In this document: positions 37,043-49,640 of the stretch, one piece after another
Numbering within the stretch: the stretch's first letter is position 1
How the letters are laid out: each line of letters begins with the position of its first letter
Assembly: GCA_032718475.1 (NCBI GenBank)
Contig: JAUCBJ010008876.1
Coordinates: forward strand, 1 to 55,477
Direction of reading: 5' to 3'
DNA from: Nemertoderma westbladi
Lineage: Eukaryota > Animalia > Xenacoelomorpha
Length of the DNA stretch: 55,477 nucleotides
The notes under the pieces: generated by a model
The model's database searches: none
The model's input: only the letters and a program-made list of their open reading frames with translations
What the model was told of the DNA's origin: nothing
Position numbers and translations under genes: made by a program

Positions 37043-38068
37043 GATGAGATAGCATTACCTGATGAGATAGCATTACCTGATGAGATAGCATCACCTGAAG
37101 AGATAGCATTACCTGATGAGATAGCATTACCTGATGAGATAGCATTACCTGATGAGATAGCATTACCTGATGAGATAGCATTACCTGATGAGATAGCATT
37201 ACCTGAAGAGATAGCATTACCTGATGAGATAGCATTACCTGATGAGATAGCATTACCTGATGAGATAGCATTACCTGATGAGATAGCATTACCTGATGAG
37301 ATAGCATTACCTGAAGAGATAGCATTACCTGATGAGATAGCATTACCTGATGAGATAGCATTACCTGATGAGATAGCATTACCTGATGAGATAGCATTAC
37401 CTGATGAGATAGCATTACCTGATGAGATAGCATTACCTGAAGAGATAGCATTACCTGATGAGATAGCATTACCTGATGAGATAGCATTACCTGATGAGAT
37501 AGCATTACCTGATGAGATAGCATTACCTGATGAGATAGCATTACCTGATGAGATAGCATTACCTGATGAGATAGCATTACCTGATGAGATAGCATTACCT
37601 GATGAGATAGCATTACCTGATGAGATAGCATTACCTGATGAGATAGCATTACCTGATGAGATAGCATTACCTGATGAGATAGCATTACCTGATGAGATAG
37701 CATTACCTGAAGAGATAGCATTACCTGATGAGATAGCATTACCTGAAGAGATAGCATTACCTGAAGAGATAGCATTACCTGATGAGATAGCATTACCTGA
37801 TGAGATAGCATTACCTGATGAGATAGCATTACCTGATGAGATAGCATTACCTGATGAGATAGCATTACCTGATGAGATAGCATTACCTGAAGAGATAGCA
37901 TTACCTGATGAGATAGCATTACCTGAAGAGATAGCATTACCTGAAGAGATAGCATTACCTGATGAGATAGCATTACCTGATGAGATAGCATTACCTGATG
38001 AGATAGCATTACCTGATGAGATAGCATTACCTGATGAGATAGCATTACCTGATGAGATAGCATTACCT
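37043..38068. repeat. 18-bp minisatellite GATGAGATAGCATTACCT, 57 copies
   Basis: 1026 bp with no indels; variants are GAT/GAA plus one TTA>TCA. Confidence 0.98.
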
Positions 38069-38500
38069 GTAACAATTTAAAATACACATTGGGAAAAAAA
38101 ATTAACAAATCTCCAGTTACTATACAATAAATTAAACACAATCAATTCGCCTACAGCAGCTGTTCAGGTACAGCGAGACTAATACAAAACTTAGTGAGTA
38201 CTACGTAAGATTACGGCCGGGCCGCCAGGAGTCATACATGAAATCGAAAACTGAAATCAACAACTGATTTTGTATGATATGGTAAAGGCGATGTCCAACT
38301 AAACTGTAATTATTTAATTTAATTTCATTGTTTAAGAATAGTTGTGACACGGTGGGATGTGAGTAAATGGATAACACAGGAGCAACATTATTATTATATT
38401 TACATCATTGAGTACCGAACAGCACAATATTTAATGAATACAATACAAACAAAGAAAACCGCTACATGTTACATTAATTTGAGTCCCAACCAACTCCTGA

Positions 38501-39664
38501 TCAGTCGCCACGTTTACTCAGGATAAGTTCTCTGTGGTCGGGGAGATGGGAGAAATAATGTTCTATTGTGTCGGGGGTAACGAGAGCCAGTGAGTCCGGT
38601 TTCCAGTTGGGTTGACCGGTCCGTTCGATAATAACGGAACGGACGCCTTCGTAGAAATCGTGGTCGTTTAGGAACCGCTGGCAGAGGCGGTATTCCATGC
38701 AGAGCGTTTCGGAGAGCGAGAGATTGGCACCGGAACGGAGTTGGGCGAAAGCGACCTTAAGGGAGGTAGGGGAGCCCCGGAGAATCGCTTTATGTTGCTC
38801 GAGGGAGAAGGGAGAGGATTCAGAGAGGAGCGAGGACAGTATGAGTTCCACCGAGGTCTGGGCGAAGGATGAGTTGATAGCGGGGATATGGGGCTCCAAA
38901 GAGAAGAGTTTGGTCTGCGGAGTTTCGGATAGTTTGTGGTGTTCGTCGAGGATTTCTGTGAGTTTCTCGACGCTTCTAGTTTCTACTTGTCGTATATCAC
39001 GATCGAGTTCACCCAATCTGTCCGACTTTATGTAATGAGTTGCAATTCCAGCGTGGACGTTGTCCGAACCCTTCAACCGGTATCCGGTTAGCGCGAGGAA
39101 CATCCCGAGCTGGCCGGGTAGTCGCGGCAGGAAGTAGCCGCCTCCGACGTCCGGGAACAACCCGATTCCCATCTCGGGCATGGCGAACAGTGTCCGTTCG
39201 GTAGCTACTCGGAACTGACCGTGAACAGACAGTCCGACTCCGCCTCCCATGGTAATCCCGTCTATGATAGCGATGTACGGTACTTTGCACGTACCTATAG
39301 TGTAGTTGAGGAGGTATTCCTCTTTCATAAAATCTTTGGAGATGGTTGAACCGGGCCCCGAGTCATACAGAGCCCGGATATCTCCACCGGCGCAGAACGC
39401 CTTGCCTTCCTGTTTACGTATCACAATATTTTTAACTAATTCATCATTCTCCCATCCTTTTAGCCGTGGGTATATCTTACGGATCATGTTTAGATTAAGA
39501 GAGTTGAGGGCCGCAGGTCGGTTCAGGTTTATGTAAGCTGTTCCTCCTTGTTTCTCGAAGAGAACCTCCGGTGGTGAGTCTTTCTGAGGTACCGCGGTGT
39601 TCATTGATCGTATCTGGGATGATAAACGCGACAAACGCAGTGGAAATAATAACATTTTCAACAT
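38501..39664 (-). CDS. HIBCH: 3-hydroxyisobutyryl-CoA hydrolase, mitochondrial (intronless)
   Basis: 387 aa; LNRPAALNSLNLNM, KAFCAGGDIR, DGITMGGGVGLSVHG, FAMPE..IGLFPDVG, DFYEGVRS, P.WKP; Arg/Ser/Leu-rich N-terminal presequence. Confidence 0.96.
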   Translation of the reverse strand: MLKMLLFPLRLSRLSSQIRSMNTAVPQKDSPPEVLFEKQGGTAYINLNRPAALNSLNLNMIRKIYPRLKGWENDELVKNIVIRKQEGKAFCAGGDIRALYDSGPGSTISKDFMKEEYLLNYTIGTCKVPYIAIIDGITMGGGVGLSVHGQFRVATERTLFAMPEMGIGLFPDVGGGYFLPRLPGQLGMFLALTGYRLKGSDNVHAGIATHYIKSDRLGELDRDIRQVETRSVEKLTEILDEHHKLSETPQTKLFSLEPHIPAINSSFAQTSVELILSSLLSESSPFSLEQHKAILRGSPTSLKVAFAQLRSGANLSLSETLCMEYRLCQRFLNDHDFYEGVRSVIIERTGQPNWKPDSLALVTPDTIEHYFSHLPDHRELILSKRGD

Positions 39665-39776
39665 GGTCGGAATTAACCTACCAGTTCAGCAGTTACTCCA
39701 GCATACTGCTGTAATCGTACTGGCATACAGGCATACACATACACAGATACGATACAGTACAAGTACTACAAGTAGG

Positions 39777-41345
39777 TAGGGCTCAACAGAAGCTTCGGTT
39801 CGGTTCGGCCGAGGACTACTGAAGCTCCAGTAGTCCTTGGTTCGGGCCGAAGTTTGGCCTTTCCGGTTCGGCTTCGGTTCGGTTCGGGCCGAAGTTTGGC
39901 CTTTCCCAGTTTCCGGTTCGGTTCGGCTGTTCGGGCCGAAGTTTGGCCTTTCTGCCTTTCCGGTTCGGGTCGGGCCGAAGTTTGGCCTTTCCGGTTCGGT
40001 TCGGCTTCTGTAATTGATACCAGGATACTGCGGAAACCCGGTGTCCGGAGCAAACTTTGCTAAATATTTCAAGTATTTCATTGAGCATTTAAGACTAATC
40101 ACTAATCATTTTGTCCATCGTCGTTGCACTCATTAATTTTGGACTTAACTTCCATTGAAAGTGCAATATTTTTTTTAATTGTTTCCAGTTTACTTCAGTA
40201 GGCCTACAGCAGTACGGTACTTGGGTAGTTTTTAAAAATTAGTTTAATTATACAGTAGGTTAGACTGTTAGATTAGGCTAATTATTGCCATTTTACTTTG
40301 TAGTACCGGTACCTACAGTATTTTTAATTTTTATTTTTTTTTTTAATTTTTATTTATTTTTTGAATTTTTAAACTTTGATACATAATACCAAATATACCT
40401 ACTAACATCGTAAATCAGTAAATACTGAGAATGATAGTATAATAACATAGTTGATACAATGGATTTCAAATTGCACTATTACACCCTATCACCAAATCTG
40501 ATTTATACAATGCTGCAATGAGGTACAGTGATACGGATGTAAGGGGGAAATTCAAAACAGTTGGTTGTTTATGTTGTAGGCCTACTGGTCAGCTATTGAC
40601 AATACAATTGACAGGCCTACAATAGCCTATTGTAGGCCTGTACGACCTGTCAGCCTGTAGGCCTTCTGTAAATCAGTAAATAGTATTAAATAGACTAGGC
40701 CTACACTGTTAGTGAGATTTTCTAAATTTTGTGTTACTACTGTACGGCTTACTACGGGTGATAATATTGTACACATAGTAAGTGCATACAGTACCCTTAT
40801 TATTGAATTGAACATCCATTGAAAGTGTAATATTTTTGTGTTTTTTTAATTGTTTCCGGTTTACTTTACTTGGGTAGTTTTAAAAATCAGCTTAATTATA
40901 GGCCTACAGGCTACAGCTAGTACAGTAGCTAGTTTAGGTTAGGCTAATTATTGCCATTTTACTTTGTAGTACTAATTTTATAATTAATTTATATACATTA
41001 TAATTACTATAGCTTTCTCTTTCTTTCTTTTATAATTACTATCTGACTATAGCTTTCTCCTGTTCTCTTTCTTTCTTTTATAATTACTATCTGACTATAG
41101 CTTTCTCCTGTTCTCTTTCTTTATTTTATAATTACTATAGGTAAAGTAGCTTTCTCTTTCTCGCTAAGTGCGCGGACCGAGACCAAATGCCAGTCTGCCA
41201 CTGCCACTATAGTGTCGTAAATACGAATTTATGACCGCAATTTGCTAACTTTCTGAACTTCGGTTCGGATTCGGTTCGGTTCGGCCAGAAGTTGGCACTG
41301 CTTCGGTTCAGTTCGGCCCCATAAAGTGCCTTCTGTTGAACCCTA
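39777..41345. mobile_element. hAT-like non-autonomous DNA transposon
   Basis: TIRs TAGGGCTCAACAGAAG / CTTCTGTTGAACCCTA; TTCGG subterminal repeats; internal duplication 40150-40310 vs 40817-40972; short tandem at 41000-41160; no clean TSD. Confidence 0.75.
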
Positions 41346-41925
41346 TAATTGTAGGATTACGTTAGCTGCTGTTGGCTTTGCAACTTACAGACAACAGGCC
41401 ATTCAGTCATTGATTGATAAATTTATTGCCATGCACCTCACCCCTCCTGGTTAGCTTGGCCTCAACTCTAAATTATTATAATTATTTATAATAAATATAT
41501 AATTTGCCTACTGGGTGCAGAGATCTTTAAAAAAATATATAAACATTTACTTATCCTTAACCCTTTTCCATCCACAGAGTAGCCCCTACCATCTTCTGAT
41601 CTGGAAGTATGCTGACTTAGCAACCCTGTGAACCCGTTAATATTGATTCTGAAATTATTTTTACATGGAGAAATATATTAAGTTATTTCTCTTGTTAAAT
41701 TTGCTACGTTTCTAACATTCCTTATGAACGATATACAATAGATTTGCCGCATAAATTGTCTGGCACATTTCATGCTTCCATTCACATGGTTATACACAGA
41801 GCAGTAACGTTCTGCTACATTATTAGTGATTGTCTTCATGAAGCTATATATGTAGCTATTAGCTAGTCATTTAAGACTATTTGACCTTTCAATTGAAGGT
41901 ACAGTAAGGTAAGGCCAGTTGGCTA

Positions 41926-43020
41926 GCCTTCGACTCAGTCTCCCGGCCACGTATGTCCAACATACTCGCAGCACATGGACTTCCTGGGGAAATTATTGCA
42001 GCTATCACATCACTGTACGATGGTTCCACCACATTTGTGTCTACTGCTGATGGTGACACAGATCCATTCGAAGTCTTATTTGGAATCCTCCAGGGAGACA
42101 CACTGCACCATTCTTATTCGTAATTGTAGTTGATTATGTTCTACGCATGTCCTTTTAGACCATCTTAATAATGATGGGGTGATGGTAACACCCCCTACTG
42201 GTACAAGAAGTAGAGGAAATCCAGCAAAGTACCTAAATGATCTAGACTTTGCTGATGACTTAGGAGTACTCTCAGAATCACTAGAGGGAGCCAAAAGGCT
42301 CCTCTGCTCATGAAAGCAGGTTGCTTCTAGTGTTGGTCTTTTTTTAAATTCCAAAAAGACCAAAATCATGACAGTCAACCTAGACAGCCCTCAAGAAATG
42401 TCTGATCGTAAGGGCATAAGCTCTACTAAGGATGGCTTTCTTGAGCGCGTGGATGACTTCTGCTACTTGGAATCATGGATCAGAAAGTCAGATGAAGACC
42501 TTCGGATACGTAAGGGGAAGGCATGGGCAGCGTTAAATAGTCTGTCCAGGATTTGGAAGTCCCATAGAATAAAACGGAACCTTAAGGTTCGATTTATGGC
42601 AGTAGTAGTACCAGTACTCTTATATGGTAGTCCATGCTGGTCTCTAACTGCAGAGGTTACCAAATCTCTGGGTGGCACTTTCACAAGATTGCGCGAGATT
42701 GCACGAGATTGTGTTCATTGTGTCAAGTACAATGAACACATATCCAATCAGACTCTATACAATATTGGAGGTGTTCCATTAATCTCCCCTAGCTTGACAC
42801 TTGAACGGAACCGCCTCCACTTTGCAGGACATTGCTTTCGCCGTAAGGACCAGCCAGTGCATAATCTTGTGCTTTGGCGGCCTCATGGAGCGAATAAGCC
42901 TAGTGGATAGCCCATGACTTTGAGACGCATCTTAAAGGACACTTGCCTTGAAAATGCGGATGATCTAGCAAATGTCATGCAGTCATGGGTGACGGGTAGT
43001 TTTGGTGGCGCAATTTTGTC
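41926..43020 (+). pseudogene. 5'-truncated, decayed RTE-like LINE reverse transcriptase
   Basis: AFDSV..., GILQGDTL, DLDFADDL, VDDFCYLES, VVPVLLYG, RLHFAGHC; frameshifts and stops. Confidence 0.85.
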
Positions 43021-43589
43021 GACAAGCCGGCACAGCTATTTTCTGAAAATTTTCGGGTTTAACGCAACCCTTCAATGTTGTTCTAAAAAGGTTTTCCTCA
43101 ATTTTAAAACAATTACGGAAAAATAATATTTTTTATTTATTTTTTTGCATTTGGCTCATCAGCTACACTAACCCGTGCAGGACACATGTTAATCTAACTA
43201 ACTACACCAAAACCAGCAAAACACACACACGCAAAAATAAAATAGTATTGCATTCCAGATCAAGTACACAATCATTTCCTTAGCACCACTAAATATTTTT
43301 AACTGATTTTACTCTTGCTAAAATACTCGTACTAAAAGGGTTGGGATTTATCTTTACGAAAATTTTCTTATCTCTCTCAACACCAACCATACGTGTGTCT
43401 GCTGGTTTACCAATAAAAAATTACATAAAATTATATTTTCTCATAAATATATATAAACCACTCAGTCACTCAAAAATCGCTACTATTTTCTGAAAATTTT
43501 ATGAGGAAATATAATTTTATGTAATTTTGTAATATATATATATATATAATGCAGCTGCAATGCAGCATGCCGATCGTAGTAGTAATAGG

Positions 43590-43870
43590 ACGGTGTTAGC
43601 TCGGTATAGGTCGGTCTAGCTCTGTATTGCATTGTTATAGTTCAGTATAGATAGGTCGGCATTGCTCTGTATTGTATTGTTATAGGTCGGTAAAGGCCGG
43701 TGTTAGCTCGGTATAGGTCTGTGTTAGCGCGGTATAGGTTGGTGTAGCTCTGAGTTTCATTGTTATATATTGGTGTCGGTATAGCTCTGTATTGCATTTT
43801 TATATATTGGTATAGGTCGGTATAGCTCGCTGTTTTGTATTGTTATAGCTCAGTATAGGTCGGTATAGGT
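43590..43870. repeat. Degenerate tandem repeat GTCGGTATAGCTCTGTATTGCATTGTTATA
   Basis: Several imperfect copies. Confidence 0.7.
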
Positions 43871-44798
43871 AATACCTTTTACTACCTAAATAACAGCTGA
43901 TTACTGTACTCCAAAAAATAAAGCTGTAACCTGCTCTACTGTATTTACTTTAGATTTGATGTGAATTTTCATATTGGCTATATAATAATACATAAATTGA
44001 TAGACAACTTTTATTTTCTACCCATACAGTACCATTAGATTTCACAGGTCTTCGTCTTATGATTTATAATAATACATAAACAACTGTACTGCTCAGAGTA
44101 CTGTGGGCTGGAAGGCCGCGACCGGACCGAATGTACAGAAACAGGAAGTTACATAAACAAATTAGGAAGAGAGACATAAGCAGTTACGCAAACGAGACCT
44201 TGTGCAAACAGTACAGTATGTTACTCAAACAACTCTAAATATATCCCAATATCTCGTTGTCCTTCGGTTCTGTTTGCTTTATGTGTCAACCATCCACAAA
44301 CACAAACAACACCAATAACGAGACATAACAGACTATCATACCTTCTTTCAACATTATAATTTCTGTATTATACATTTGTCAGAAAAAAAATTCAATTAAT
44401 ACAACAGTTAATTAAATTATCATTCGGTGTAAGGTGATACAATAGAGTACAGCACAGTAGGCACCTACTGTAGTAGGCATACAGTACAACTACAACAAAC
44501 TTGAAATATATTGGTAAGCCCTAGTCACCGGGGGAATCATATTGTAGTTGAAAGGACGAAAAAAAACAGACCGTACACGGTACACGGTGCACGGTGACAA
44601 AGTTTATATTTAATATATAAGTTGGTAATTAATATAAATATATATGAGAAGAGAAATTTTCGAACAAACCGTTCTTTATCAAGTCTAATACTATGAAATT
44701 CTGCTACTAGTACATTACTGTACAGTAGGCTGTATGACGGTAGGCCTACTGGTAGGAGAGAGGGCTGTTGCGCTGTCAGTCAGAGAGGTAACAGCCTG

Positions 44799-47004
44799 GT
44801 ATTGGTATTGGTATTGGTTTAATGGTGCTCAAAGTATAACATTAAAAGGAACATTAAAATAACACAATTATTAAATAACAACAAACATTACATAAGGAAC
44901 AATATCAAAACTGAAACTGAAGTTATGTTATTATAAATTTGACGCATTTGACGCGATAAAAATGTTATTATGTATTATAGTTATTACTCAATCAGAATAC
45001 TTATAATAAATACATTGCGCACCGGGGATAGCCCCTTAAGGCGAGCCTTGTTTCCGAGAGGGTCCCCGTGGTTAGTTCAATGGGTAAGTTATACAGTATA
45101 ATAAAGATTCGGCGTCATGTATAAAACAATAAAAAAAATAAATAAATGAGGTTTCAGGTGCATGAATAATTAAAATATTACATTCTTTAGAACTATGATA
45201 AGTATTAAAAAAAAGAATAGTTTATTAATATTTACATTAATGCATAAAATTTTTAAAAAGCCATCCTCATGTGCGTACGTAGATTAAAATATTTGGTAAA
45301 ATTTACCATTGAAGTGTAGTAGCTTCAGTAAAAATTAAAATCAGTATTTCTCCCCTTAAATATCTCTTGCAAAATAAAAATGGGGATGCTTTGTACAAAA
45401 ATTAAAACTTGTTATGATTAGTTATTTTAGAGTTTTGAGATGTAATAGTTCATTAATAGTATAAAAAAAATTAAACGCTAATAATTAGTAAAAAGTATAA
45501 TTAAAATCAGTGTATTGTCAATCGAGCGAGCGTAGGTAATGCGATTTTACTGCATGTTTGAATGCCTCGACAGATACTGACTCGGTTACGTGGCGCGGCA
45601 GGCTATTCCAGATCGCTGGGCCCTTATAGTCAAAGGAGAGCTGGCCAAATGCGGTGTTTTTCTGTGGGATGACCGCTTTAGTTTGGGGGGCGCGCGTGTC
45701 ACGTGTGGATGAGGAGAAGTCCACCATTTCCTGTATATAGCTCGGGGTGACGTTATGGTGAGTTTTGTACATGATAGTTGCCAGGTTTTGTTTAATTCGT
45801 AGTTTAATGGGTAGCCAGTTAATTTCTCGAAAGTGTGAATTGTCGATGTGGGTGCGATTGTCCAGTCCCAGGCAATACCGGATACATTTCCGTTGTAGGG
45901 CCTCCAGTTTGTTTCTCCATAGGATACTAATAGATTGGAACCACACTGGTGATGCATAGTCCATTAGTGGTTGTATTAATGCATTGCATAGTAGGCGGCG
46001 TGTATTGTAGTCTAGTACACCGGCAAATCGCCACAGGAACTTTAACCGAGAGTTGCCTTTCTTTATTATTGTTGCAACCATCGATTCACTGTTTAGAGTT
46101 TTATCTAATTTGCAACCGAGGTAGTTGACCGAGTCCCTGTTCGCTATTGCTTTCCCATTGCATGTCACATTTAGTGGTTCGTTTATGGCTAAACGTTGTG
46201 CTGTTCCAAATAGGATACTTTCGGTTTTACCTAAATGGAGAGTTAGGCGGTTGTCTATGAGCCATGCTTGGGTGCATTCTAGATTCCGTGTTAGTGATTC
46301 CGATATGGTTCTTGAGTCTGAGCCAGGGACTAAGTGCGATATGTCGTCTGCGAACATCGGGGTGGGGCAATCAACGGCTTGGTCCGAGTCATTGGTGTGT
46401 GAGAGGAAAAGTAGGATCGCTAAGAGAGTTCCTTGTGGTAAACCGTCATCCAGCGTGCGTTGATCTGAGTCAACCCCCTGTATGGTTACAACTTGGGATC
46501 TGCTTGATAGATAGGATTCAAGCCACGCTATTGCTTTGTTGTCAAAGCCCATGTATTTCAGTTTCATCAATAGTATGTTGCGATTCACCGTATCATAAGC
46601 TTTCTTGAGGTCTATTAACACCATCCCTGTTAACTGGCCACCATCTGCTGCTGATCGGATTACAGTGTCTATAAATATCAAGCATGTTTCCGTTGAATAG
46701 CCTTTACGAAAGGCACTTTGAAGTGCAGATATGATAGAGTTTGATATTAAGTAATGGTACATCTGATCGTAGATTACTTTTTCTATAATCTTGGAGAGAA
46801 TAGGTAGTAGAGACACTGGTCTGAAGTTTTCACGTTGAGTTTGTGTGCCCCTTTTATAGATTGGTGCCACTTTGGCTAGTTTCATAGCTGAGGGAAATTT
46901 ACATGTTGTTATGGAGATATTTATAATGTGAGTAATTGCTTTTGTCAGCTCAGTGGAACAGTCCTTATATATTTTTGCTGGTATACCATCAATGCCGGGA
47001 CTTT
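44799..47004 (-). mobile_element. 5'-truncated CR1/L2-group LINE
   Basis: Open RT frame 45518-47004 (KSPGIDGI, FRPVSLL, IDLKKAYDTV, GLPQG, MFADD, NYLG); long 3' UTR; (CCAATA)n tail at about 44797-44820. Confidence 0.92.
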
Positions 47005-47543
47005 TGTGGGGTAAGGATTTACCTCCGGGACCTGTATTAGGCAAAATAGCAGTAGCTGTGTAGGCCCACCAGTACTGTGCACGGTACAAGACCCGAAATT
47101 TAGCCTACATCTGTAAATAATACACGGTTTCGCGGTACAAGACCATATAAATTAGACCACCATCTGTAAAATGCTCGCGTGAGTTCAGGAGTTGCACAGA
47201 TGTCAGGATGTGCTGATTCTATATCATGCACTAGGCCTAACGGATTCTGGTAGCCTGGAACTAGACCACCTGACCACTACAAAAACTGATGCGACAGAGC
47301 GAGGTGCCGTTAGCCTAAAATTTCTCGGAGGCTGGTCCGATAACACTCAACGCATTGTTTTGTTGGACATTGACATTACCGGTATTGCATTACAGTGTAC
47401 ATTACTGCATTATTACATACGGATTAGTATGGATTGAGAAATTGGATATATTTGACGTCAATGGAGGTTTGGTTTGAGAAATTAATACAGTAATATATAT
47501 CACGTAGGCCTACCTAATCATATCTTTGCGTTAATTATTACTA

Positions 47544-47873
47544 GATCCACTGGCCCCCAGCCACCTTCAACAAACCATCATTGCCGAGGGGCACTCAGCT
47601 AAGGGGGCGGAGCGCATTAAAAACTCTAAGTATCGCGACCTAATAGACCGGGGCCATTTATTTCACCCTGTGGCCTTTGAGACCTTTGGCCGCCCTGGTC
47701 CAGAGGCATCCACCTTCCTCCGGGAGATCGGGGCTCGTCTCCACAGTGCCACCCACGAACCGCGGTCACACCAGTTTCTGCTTCAACGCCTGGAGATGGC
47801 AATTTTGGTTGGTAATGCAACCTCAGTCATGGGGACAGCAACCACGCAGACCATCGGTCTATTCGGGGACTGA
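47544..47873 (+). pseudogene. C-terminal restriction-like endonuclease fragment of a CRE-type non-LTR retrotransposon
   Basis: DPLAPSH...AERIKNSKYRDL...FHPVAFETFGRPGPE...FLLQRLEMAILVGNATSVMGT matches the E..K..KY, P.A.ET.G and QRL..AI..GNA pattern. Confidence 0.85.
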
Positions 47874-49007
47874 AGAGCCGAAACCAATCGAAACTGTCGA
47901 AATGGTTGCCAATGCAGTCACCAACGGGATGACGGCCGAAGATATTCAATATTCTATCTTATGCAATCTCAAATATTCAATGTTCGATCCCTAGATGGAG
48001 CAGTACTGTTTGGGCACAGTGCTTTAAATGCTGCAGCCTAGCCCAACCCCGGCCTTTATCCTTCAGTGGTCGATTGGGAACCAAGGCAACTTGGGAAAAA
48101 GAGTGGAAGGGTTTACTGTGAAAGATCACCCATGGTGGTGAACAGGCATTCCTTGGCTTAACGAGCCTAAAAGATTCTCCCATTCAAATATTCAATTCGG
48201 TACTGTACCTTCAATTAAATATTCAATCTTAGTATTATTTCTGTGCTTCGTTATTTAATAATGTGATTAGATACAAAAAATAAATTAATGAAATATAATT
48301 CATCTGTTAATTATTACAAAAAAAAAATCCAACATTATATTAACATTTATATAGTTTTGAATTAAATGTTTCGAAATCAACAGTCATTCAATGAACTTAT
48401 ACAGCAGTGTCATATATCGCGTATCCCTTGGCTGCTTGGTTTAATCACTATTCTTTATTCAAGTATAACTGAATCCTGGCCCGGCGCCTTCACCCTCCAC
48501 TGATAATTTAAATCGTAACTTATTCAATCTTTGACTAAATTATACCAAACTTGGTAAACATGTAATCTTGTCTATCGGCTAAAATAAACACAACTTGCTA
48601 AAGTTTCCCCTATAATGTTTTTTCCTATAGAACAGGATGCAGTTTTATTTTAGTAGTAAACAAGCTGTTATTTGCAGAATATTGATTTCCCCCCCCCCCC
48701 CCCCCCTGCAGTTAAGTAAGTGAAAATATTTCGGCACCATTTAATTTTATTATCACAGTCGCACATCAAGTAGTCTGTCAAAAGATACAATTCATTATAA
48801 ACATAAAAAATTAATTATATTAATTCTAAAAATATAAGGCAGATCTTCCTAAAGTTAGCTCTTTAGTCTTTAGCAATCTTATACATTGACAAGACTTATA
48901 AAATAGTTGATGTTGAATAATTTATTATTAAGATTAAAATATATTATTAGGAATTCGAAGAAAGCAAATTGTATTGAGTTAGTATTGGCAAGTTAATCTC
49001 ACAAGCC

Positions 49008-49234
49008 GGTTATCGTTCATATGCGTACCTCTGGCAAAAGAAGCAGGTTACAGTGGTGGTGTTTTCTAACCAAAACAATAAACTAATCTCCATTACTTAA
49101 TTAACGGAAAGGAGCAGGTTACAGTGGTGGGCTTTTCTAACCAAAACAATATCTCAATAACATAGGGTATTTCATACTTATAGTCTTATTTTTGCAATAC
49201 GAAAATACCAGAGGTACGCATATGAACTATAACT
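49008..49234. mobile_element. MITE with 8-9 bp TSD (Merlin- or MULE-like)
   Basis: 27-bp TIR GGTTATCGTTCATATGCGTACCTCTGG; TCACAAGCC duplicated at 48999-49007 and 49234-49242. Confidence 0.85.
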
Positions 49235-49328
49235 CACAAGCCAGTCTAGTCTAACTTTAGAGTAGCCTTGTTCGCATTGTTCCAGGTTTAGGCCTATAGA
49301 TTCCACCGTCTTCGTTCCAGGTTTAATT

Positions 49329-49640
49329 CTGTAATAGACTCCGTATCCGTCTCGATCGCTTCGCTATGCATCATCTTACTGCTGTACTGGGTTTAATAAA
49401 CTCCATCGCCTTCCTGTCGTTGTCTGTTTTGTAGATTACTTCGCCATCGTCTGATCGCTTTGGTTGCGTGTTAAATACTGTAATAGACTCCGTTATCCGT
49501 CTCGATCGCTTCGCTATGCACATCTTACTGGGTTTAATTAACTCAGAAACTCCATCGCCTTCCTGTCGTTCTCTGTTTTGTAGATTACTTCGCCATCATC
49601 TGATCGCTTTGGTTGCGTGTTTAATACTGTAATAGACTCC
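49329..49640. repeat. Tandem duplication of about 150 bp with recurring GACTCCG motifs
   Basis: CTGTAATAGACTCCG recurs near 49329, 49478 and 49627. Confidence 0.8.

Noticed and set aside
10956-38068. CRISPR-like arrays
   Set aside because: The repeats are head-to-tail with no unique spacers, there are no cas genes, and the context is eukaryotic
36978-38141. (QVMLSH)n ORF on the - strand
   Set aside because: Product of the 18-bp repeat; no ATG before the repeat and no domain
39686-40102. Overlapping ORFs upstream of HIBCH
   Set aside because: Translations of TTCGG subterminal repeats of the hAT-like element
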